Positions 55,913 through 64,000 of a DNA stretch of 64,000 nucleotides are shown piece after piece. The notes below the pieces were generated by a model, which saw only the letters and a list, made by a program, of their open reading frames with translations, was not told where the DNA came from and did no database searches. The translations under genes were made by a program, and so were the position numbers. Numbering within the stretch: the stretch's first letter is position 1; every line of letters begins with the position of its first letter. This DNA comes from Sphaerodactylus townsendi (Eukaryota): contig NC_059440.1 in assembly GCF_021028975.2 (NCBI RefSeq), forward strand, positions 17,608,001-17,672,000. Direction: 5' to 3'.

Positions 55913-56430
55913 CAGTGGCGGCGAACCTTTTCGAGACCGAGTGCCCAAATGGCAACCCAAGACCCACTTATTTATCGCAAAGTGCCAACACGGCAATTTG
56001 ACCTGAATACTGAGGTTTTAGTTTAGAAAAAACGGTTGGCTCCAAGGCGTGCGTTACTCGGGAGTAAGCTTGGTGGTAGTCGGTGGCTTTGCTTTGAAGC
56101 AACCGTGCAACTCTTCCAACAGGTGAATCACGACCCTAGGAGGGTTTACTCAGAAGCAAGCCCCATTGCCAGCAACCGAGCTTACTCCCAGGTAAAGGAT
56201 CACACTTTAGTTCTTCGCATGAAAATCAGTGGGGTTTAACAGCGCTTAACAGGGTTACCTACACTGCTTCCCCAAAACTAGGTCTTAGGTTTAATGCTAA
56301 TAATCGAGCCCAGCGGCCCAGGCCAGCCTAGATGTGTGTGAGGGGGTGGGGGCGACTCTGTTTGCGCGTGCCCACAGAGAGGGCTCTGAGTGCCACCTCT
56401 GGCACCCGTGCCATAGGTTCGCCACCACTG
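55913..56430 (-). mobile_element. hAT-Charlie non-autonomous element
   Basis: TIR CAGTGGYGGCGAACC; perfect TSD CCCTAAAC. Confidence 0.9.
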
Positions 56431-57494
56431 CCCTAAACGTTCCTGTGGAGAACGGCTCTATCACGCACACCTGTCTTTTCAGATGGGGAAACCCTGCCTC
56501 TGCAGAAGCCATTGCATAGCTTTACCTGGCACTGAGATGCAGAGGGAGGCGAGAAAGTACCAATTTAACCCACTTCTTTAAAACAAAAAAACCAGAAAAA
56601 TTTTAAGCTTCAGCCATTTTTCTCCAAAGCTACACTGCCTGATCTGGAAGCACCGACCATTACTCTCAGATGGAAGTGGATGGGCAGCCATTACCCCACA
56701 GTAGCTAAAACGTTCTCTGCACATGCTCAAAGGAACTGTTTTCATTCGTACCTAAAAGCTGCCGTTCTGAGGTCTAATGTGAGGCTTCTTTGCCGAGACT
56801 TGGCTTAAATTAACACCTTCTTCCGCTGATCTTTAACCCTCTGCAAATGCAGTCACAGGATACAGCTTTATGAGGACGGAGAAAGGCGCGGGAGTGGGGA
56901 AGAGTATAAAAATGTTAACCATTTTCTCCCCTGGCCTTTTCTTTCTGAGAAAAGCCACCCCAGCTGCTGTAAATCTCGCTAGAGAAAATTTACCAGGGCC
57001 CAAGGTTCCCCTCCACCCCCCCACCCGAGAAAAAGCAGGCTTTTTCTGGCAAGAAAACGGAAGAGGAATTAAGCTTCAGCAACTTGGGTTGGAAGAAAGT
57101 GAACATTCCTGGACAGAGAAAGCCTTTTGCAAGTATCATCCTCTTCCGGGATACTTGGGGTCTTTGCTGAGACAATGGCAGTACTGTGCAGGAGCCAAGG
57201 AACTTGAGACATGCCAGGGTTTCTGTTCGGGAGACTGTGAAAAGGGGCTCCTTTCTACAGCAGCCAAAGCACAGTCGAGTCGTGAGGGGCTGAAAAAGGG
57301 GTGTCAGTTTTCACCAGGGTTCTGTCTCAGGCTGAGCCTTGGAAGGTGCGGAATAAGAATCATTGTCCAGGAGCATTTTTTTTCCCCACTGCTAAATGAA
57401 ACCTGCCACTAGGATTGGAAGAAGCAGCGCAGGGGAACAGAAATGTCTCACGCTCCCTGAACACTACAATTGCGAAGAAACTAACCAGCGGCAG

Positions 57495-58084
57495 CAGTGG
57501 TGGGATCCAAAAATTTTAGTAACAGGTTCCCATGGTGGTGGGAATTCAAACAGTGGCGTAGCGCCAATGGGGCTGGGCGGGGCACGACGGGGGCATGGCC
57601 GGGCATTCCGGGGGCGGGGCATTAATAATTTCTCTCTTACTGTAAAAAACTCTTACTGTAAAAAAAAAAGTTCCTAATTTCCAGCTGGTATCTTTCTGTC
57701 CATAATTTAAACTCATTATAGCAAGTCCTATCGTCTCCTGCCAACAGAAACAACTACTTCTCCTCTAATTGACTGCCTGTCAAATACTTAATACTTTCAA
57801 ATACTTAATTTTGTTTCTAGAAATCAAAAGAAGGATACTTTCCTTAAACAAGGATTTTACCATATTTCTAAAACATGTTTTTAAAACAGCCCAACAGGGA
57901 GAATTATCCCGTTTTCTACCTTCGCTAACCAGCCACTTAGGAAACAACAGGACTTTATGATTTTGGGGCCTAACGGAATTTCTAACGGAAAAGCGGACCC
58001 AATTAGTAACCCCCTCTCGGCACACAAAAATAATTAGTAGCCCACTCTCGGGAACTGGTGAGAACCTGCTGGATCCCACCTCTG
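57495..58084 (+). mobile_element. hAT non-autonomous element (CAGTGGTGGGATCC termini, long form)
   Basis: TSD AGCGGCAG / GGCGGCAG; same ends as 36702-36893. Confidence 0.85.
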
Positions 58085-58159
58085 GGCGGCAGGCCCAGAG
58101 GAAAAATTATTTGCCGTGCAGTTCCTAGTCATCTGATGTGGCAAGGCGGCTTTAAAGGG

Positions 58160-58720
58160 ATTTGAGAAATAGGGTAAAAGGTAAGGCACCCAGACATTGC
58201 TGACCCATGGGGGTGTTGTCACATTCTGACATTTACTAGAAGAAGAGGAGGAGTTTGGGTTTATAGCCCACCTTTCTCTCCTGTAAGGAAACTCAAGGCA
58301 GCTTACAAACTCCTTCCCTTCCTCTCCCCACAAAAAACACCTGGTGAGGGAGGTGGGGCTGAGAGATTTTTGAACGAACTGTGACTAGCCCAAGGTCACC
58401 TAGCAGGCTTCATGTGGAGGAGCGGGGAAACAAATCTGGTTCACCAGACTCCGTCGCTTATGACCGTCTTTGTTTATGGGGTGGTTTGCCATTGCCTTCC
58501 CCGGTCGTCCATACTTACCCCCACCCCCAGCAACCTGGTTTGCCACAGCCCTCCCCAGTCATCTACACTTTACCCCCACCAACCTGAGTACTCATTTCAC
58601 TGACCTCACAAGGATGGAAGTCTGAGTCAACCTTGAGCCGGCTACCTGAAACTGACTTCCAGAATCAAACTCAGGCCATGAGCAGTTTTGACTGCATTTA
58701 CTGCAACTTACCACTCAATG
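58160..58720 (-). mobile_element. Sauria-type SINE interrupted by a Squam3-like SINE (58238-58450)
   Basis: ggatggaagtctgagtcaaccttgagcc motif; tail near 58172. Confidence 0.65.
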
Positions 58721-59068
58721 GGGCAGAGAATAGAGAACAGGATGATTATTGCTAATACATGTTATGGGGGAGACAGCCGTCCTCCAAGGAGCCGTCCTCC
58801 AACCTCGGCAGCCCCCAAGAGAACAGCAGATGGAACGTATCAAAACTTTGCTCACCGAGGGCTGGGATAGGGTAGGACCCGCTCCGTTATCAAAACAGAA
58901 ACTAAATGTACCTGGGGAGCTCCCACCCATGCAGTGCTCAAATATGGCTTGACTCTGATATTTCTGGGAAGACTGGAGTAAACCAGATCCTGGAAATATT
59001 GAAATACATTATGGGAAATCATGGAAGGTCATGGAAAGAGCACAAATGGAAGTCAATATTGTCTAGAT

Positions 59069-59323
59069 CCGTGGTGGCGAACCTTTGGCACTCCAGATGC
59101 TATGGACTACAATTCCCATCAGCCCCTGACAGCATGGCCAATTGCCAGCATGGCCAATTGCTGGCAGGGGCTGATGGGAATTGGAGTCCACAACATCTGG
59201 AGTGCCAAAGGTTCACCACCATTGGTCTAGATCAATGGTGGTGAATCTATGGCACATGCTGGTAGGGGCTGATGGGAATTGTAGTCCATGAACCTATGGA
59301 GTGCCATAGGTTCGCCACCACTG
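59069..59323. mobile_element. Two tandem hAT MITEs (59069-59224, 59233-59323)
   Basis: GTCTAGAT present three times: left, middle and right. Confidence 0.85.
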
Positions 59324-59597
59324 GTCTAGATGGCCAAAAAACAAAACAAGCAAAAAAAAAAACTACCCACACCTCCAGTTACAGAGAAGGGTTGAAGCAA
59401 AGCTGTTGTGTGGAAGAAACTCAAGATGAATTTGTGCCTAAAATGGAAAAGTCCTAAATAGTTTCATTTTCGGTGTAATGCATTTTTGTTAGTTATTGTG
59501 GATAACTGTCCAAAACTGCCTTTGAGGAGCATACCATCTCAATCGCAGGAGAGACAACAGGAGTGGAAAGAGATACAGGAAGGAAGGTGAGGCGATC

Positions 59598-59853
59598 GTT
59601 TGGTCACATTATGAGAAGACAAGAGCCTGGAAGGGGAAGGGTGGCCAAGAAGCCCAATAAATAATAAATAGAAAAGACAATAACCCTAGGAAAAGTGGAC
59701 GGCAGCAGGAAAAGAAGAGAACCCAACATGAGATGGACTGACCCCATAAAGGAAATCACAGCCCTCAGCTGCAAGACCTGAGCAAAGCTGTTAATGACAA
59801 GACATTGTGGAGGACCTTGGGTCACCATAGGTCAGAAGTGACTTGAGGGCACC
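59598..59853 (+). mobile_element. RTE-BovB-like LINE 3' fragment
   Basis: FGHIMRRQ...EKTITLGKVDGSRKRREPNMRWTD; ends gggtcaccataggtcagaagtgact. Confidence 0.75.
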
Positions 59854-62088
59854 TACCCATATATACAGGAAAGAATGAACATGAGAAATTTGGCTGAGGA
59901 CAGGCATGACTATGAAGAGCTTACGCTAAGATCTCAGAGGAAAAAATGGATTTTAATATGTGTTCATTGATTAGAACAGCTAAACAGAACCTCCACATCC
60001 AAAGGCAAGTATACCTCTGAGCACCTGATGCTGAGGACAAGAGAAGGCTATCTTCCTCATGGCCTACTGACCAATACTGGTGACAGGATGGTGAATAAGA
60101 TGGGTACAGCGTTAATTTTCTGGCCCAAATGTTCATGCTTCCAGTAGTTAATGCTTGTCATTGGATTCCCACAGGGATTGGCTGGATCACATGCCTGGCA
60201 ATTAGTATAAATTTTTCCAGTGAGGTGGAATGAGAACTTATATGTTATCCAGCTGGTCACTCATGAGGAGTCAATTATGGCCCTACGGGCAGATGTTAGG
60301 TGCCTCAGAGATGAGAAAGGGTGCTTTGGTGACAACCATCTGCCATTATATCATTTGAGTCAGTAAGGCATTTCTTATGCTCTCTTGCTTGACCACTGAA
60401 TCTGAAACCAGAAGTTTTAAAAATAGCTATTTTCATTGTGGAGTTACAAAGGCAAAGGTGTAGCCAGCACATTTTCCCTTATAACTCTACAAGGAAAAGT
60501 TCTAGAGACTTTTAAAATAAACATGAAAACTGAAAAGTAGATCTTTGTAACAGATCATTATATTGTTGTAACACTATAGTGATCTAACCATTCCTGGTTT
60601 TTTTAAACTATCCAATGGAAGAGAAGAATGGCAGTCACATGGGGCTACAGCAAGGAAAAAGTGGGAGAAATTGTGTGTTAATACTTCAATAAACAACAAT
60701 ACCTATATAGAGAAGTGTGTGTGGGAAAGCCAGAAACTTCAGGTCAGAGAGGTTGCTTGCAGCCAAGTTAATCAATTCCAACACATTAAAACAACAGGAC
60801 AGACCTTCACAAACTGTTCAGGAGGGCACATGAGACTGTCGATCGCAGTTCTGAGAATTGTTTTTCAGAAATTCACAATTATGTATTATTCCAATTTTCC
60901 AGTAGTTCCCTGTCCCCATGCAGGAAAATCCAGTGTGGTTATATAAGGAACCATTTTTTTACAATGCTAAACCACTACCTCTGTTGCCCTCAGGGAATTC
61001 CCATGAATGAGATTCTTGCAGGGCTGTCCCAAGAAGATCTGACAGATGAAACACCCAAATGGCACCTAGATATACAACGTACACAAATTGTGCTGCTAGA
61101 GACACCTCCAGTTTGCTAACTGCTTTGAGCCCTTGAAATGCGTGCATGTAAATGCCAACTATTTTTTTTCCTAATAACAAAATCTGAAATGGAACATTCG
61201 GCCATTTCAAAACAGTGTTAAAAAGTCAATGTTTGGCGTGCAGGACTTCCGTTCAAACCACCTCAAAATAAAAACGGTTTTTTGGATTTTAATTACAGAT
61301 TAAAAGGGGAGGCTCCAAGGGGCTCGGAAGGAAATTTCCAAAACAACTGGAATCCCCAGTTTGCTGGTCTGGATCGTTGCGAAATACAACTAATCTGATA
61401 ATGGTGTAAGAAAGTAAGGAAGCTCATTAGGCCTGCCTGGGAAAATTCCATGACTTGGCAAGGCAAGCAAACATCTTGGGACACCATTCAGAGGCATTGT
61501 TTACATGCAGGGAATTATCAGGTGAGGTTATTCAAACGCTGTCTTTATTCCCAGCTAGAAAAAAAGTCCAGGGAAGTCATATTCAAAAGGGCTTTCTTAT
61601 CTAGCTCAGCCCTCAACCGGCACAATAGAAAGCAAAACACCGAAGATTACATCTGTTGGTTTCTTCTCAATGGGAAAAGATAGGAAGGTTTAAGAAACCG
61701 ACTGTACTGTCCTAAAGAGAGTTAGATACCTCAAAGTTTCAAAAGTCAAGAGGCTTAGAAGGGGGTTGAGATGGCACTGTTAAGGTTCCTTTCTCAGGCT
61801 GTGTCATACATATTTGACCCCCAACAAATGGACCAGGGAGCTCAAATCAACACGCCATCTAATATACTTCCACACCCACCCCTCAAGGTTTCTGGCATGG
61901 GCTCTGGTCCATGAAGTTTCGACATTCTGATGGTACAGTGCCTAGCACACTGGTAATAATATCCTGTTGCTTAGCTGTCCTAACTGCAGGTTATGTGAAT
62001 TTATTCTGTGCCATTCTGAATGTGACCAAGCTGGATCCATGAGTGAAGATTCAGGTCCCAACAGTCTGATCCAAAGATGTGAATATAG

Positions 62089-62599
62089 CAGTGGTGGCGA
62101 ACCTATGGCACGGGTGCCAGAGGTGGCACTCAGAGCCCTCTCTGTGGGCACGCACAAACAGAGTGCCCCCCCCCCCCCATCTAGGCTGGCCTGGGTCACT
62201 GGGTTTGATTATTAGCATTAAACCTAAGATCTAGTTTTGGGGAAGCAGTGTAGGTAACCCTGTTAAGCGCTGTTAAACCCCACTGATTTTCATGCGAAGA
62301 ACTAAAGCGCGATCCTTTACCTGGGAGTAAGCTCGGTTGCTGGCAATGGGGCTTGCTTTTGAGTAAACCCTCTTAGGGTCATGATTCACCTGTTGGAAGA
62401 GTTGCATCGTTGCTTCAAAGCAAAGCCACCGACTACCACAAAGCTTACTCCTGAGTAACACATGCCTCGGAGCCAACCGTTTTTTCTAAACTAAAGCCTC
62501 AGTATTCAGGTTAAATTGCTGTGTTGGCACTTTGCAATAAATAAGTGGGTTTTGGGTTGCAATTTGGGCACTCGGTCTCGAAAAGGTTCGCCATCACTG
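62089..62599 (+). mobile_element. hAT-Charlie non-autonomous element
   Basis: Perfect TSD GAATATAG; near-identical to 55913-56430 in opposite orientation. Confidence 0.9.
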
Positions 62600-62749
62600 G
62601 AATATAGGATCAGTGTCTGAATTTACCCAGTAATTTCCCAGCTACCTGAACTTTAGATTCTTCGTATACTAACTAGCTCGTGCTCAGAGAGACTATTTTG
62701 GGGGGCAATTCAAAACCCTAAATTATTCAAAGAAATCCAAACAATGCTG

Positions 62750-64000
62750 ATGGTATGCGAAAATCAAAAGGATTTTATTGACACATTCTGGCAGAAAAGT
62801 CACTGAAATGTATAAAGCGAATGTTTGGTATGCAACTGGACATACAGTGTATTGCACTGATTCAATAGCCAACAGAATAATTATTTCAATGCATTATAAT
62901 TACAGACACCAAAAATCCCTCTATTCTAAAGCAAAATTAAAAAAAAAACAGAAACAGAAAACAAGAGACACTGTGATTTTGCAAACTCAGAGTAATTTAA
63001 ATAGGTTTCAGCCTGACATATCTTTTCAGAATGACCTTCTGCAATTCAGTTAGTGAAACCACACAGTTGATTGAAATAATGAAAGCTTATTCAGTGAACC
63101 CCTAACACCCCCCTCCCCCCCCCCCACTGGTTAGCTTCATGGCCATAATCTAGGAGTGCTTGCAAAATTTGCGTGCCACTGATTCTAGTTAAGTTGATCC
63201 GAATAGTGTTGACTGGGGAATCCTCGGACTTTATCACACAAGCTAATTCCTCTCCAAATTTCAGGACACACAGTCTGAACCTCTTCCAAATGTGTCTAAC
63301 TGCACAATACACCCACAATGCACCAAGTGGGAACTCCTTAACACTGTCTCGCCTCCAGAAGGAAGAGTGGTGCCAAAAGGGGATGATTTGCAGGCAAGAA
63401 ACAGGCAGAAGGGTGCTTAACTCTTCCCCCCAAGTAAGTATTCCTCTGCAATCCCCATTCCCTAAGATCTCCAGCCTCATATCTGTGATGGAAACATGGA
63501 TCTGGAATACGGGCTGGGGGACAGTTGCAGAGTGAATGTGGAGAGCAGGGGACGAATTCAGCACACACCACCTGCTTTTCAGTAGAGAGATCAAGGGAAA
63601 GGTCTCCTAACACATACTGCAGATGGACCTTGTAGCTCTGTCCCAAAGTTGCAATCCTTTGCATGCTTTTTCTGGAAAAAGCCCCACTGGAGACCTTTTT
63701 GGGTACAAATGCGTACAATCGAGTGGTATGAGTACCTTCACGCAGAGCACTAAGAAGAGCATATAGATTTTCCATTTCTCGGCTAGGACATCACATCAAC
63801 ATTCATGATGCAGTAACAGCGACAACTCTCAAAAACACTTTGTGGTACATACACTTTTATAGCCATCACAGCCAACAACAATTGGTAGCACGTGCCCTTG
63901 AAACTGCCTCTGTTCTTGGGTACATAAAAATCCACTAGATCGTTTGTATTAAACAGCCGCATTTCTTAGAGATGGGCATTCAAATTGCGAATTGCTATTC
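62750..64000 (-). other. Possible 3' UTR end of a convergent neighbouring gene (NIPSNAP2/GBAS expected by synteny)
   Basis: TTTATT at 62774-62779 followed by repeat-poor, UTR-like sequence; no coding exon seen in the window. Confidence 0.3.

Noticed and set aside
56870-57412. 180-aa ORF, and the 145-167 aa ORFs at 63091-63775
   Set aside because: No recognisable domain or splice structure; NIPSNAP2 coding sequence not found in any frame I read.

Overview
Vertebrate genomic DNA, not prokaryotic. The repeat content (Squam3-like tRNA/CORE SINEs with (CTT)n tails, Sauria-type SINEs, CR1, L2, BovB, Penelope, hAT and Harbinger MITEs) points to a squamate reptile, probably a gecko (inference). The window holds the conserved amniote block PHKG1(+), SUMF2(-), CCT6A(-), PSPH(+). 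I traced all coding exons by hand with GT-AG boundaries and consistent phases: PHKG1 388 aa/9 exons, SUMF2 319 aa/9 exons, CCT6A 531 aa/14 exons, PSPH 226 aa/5 exons. CCT6A introns host two H/ACA snoRNAs (SNORA22-like in intron 3, SNORA15-like in intron 5). The right end may be the 3' UTR of a convergent gene (NIPSNAP2 by synteny, unproven). I found no new multi-gene system. The best leads are: (1) two PHKG1 splice acceptors rebuilt by transposons, one a Penelope element carrying a hammerhead-like motif that duplicated the polypyrimidine tract, the other a SINE tail that now is the tract; (2) a candidate second PSPH promoter within a cluster of ATF4-type elements; (3) the intron position and divergent 3' hairpin of SNORA15; (4) an inverted SINE+flank duplication shared by PHKG1 and SUMF2 introns; (5) young hAT elements with swapped internal cargo. 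Almost all ORFs in the supplied track are spurious or repeat-derived. Repeat family names and human comparisons are from recalled sequence, not database searches.
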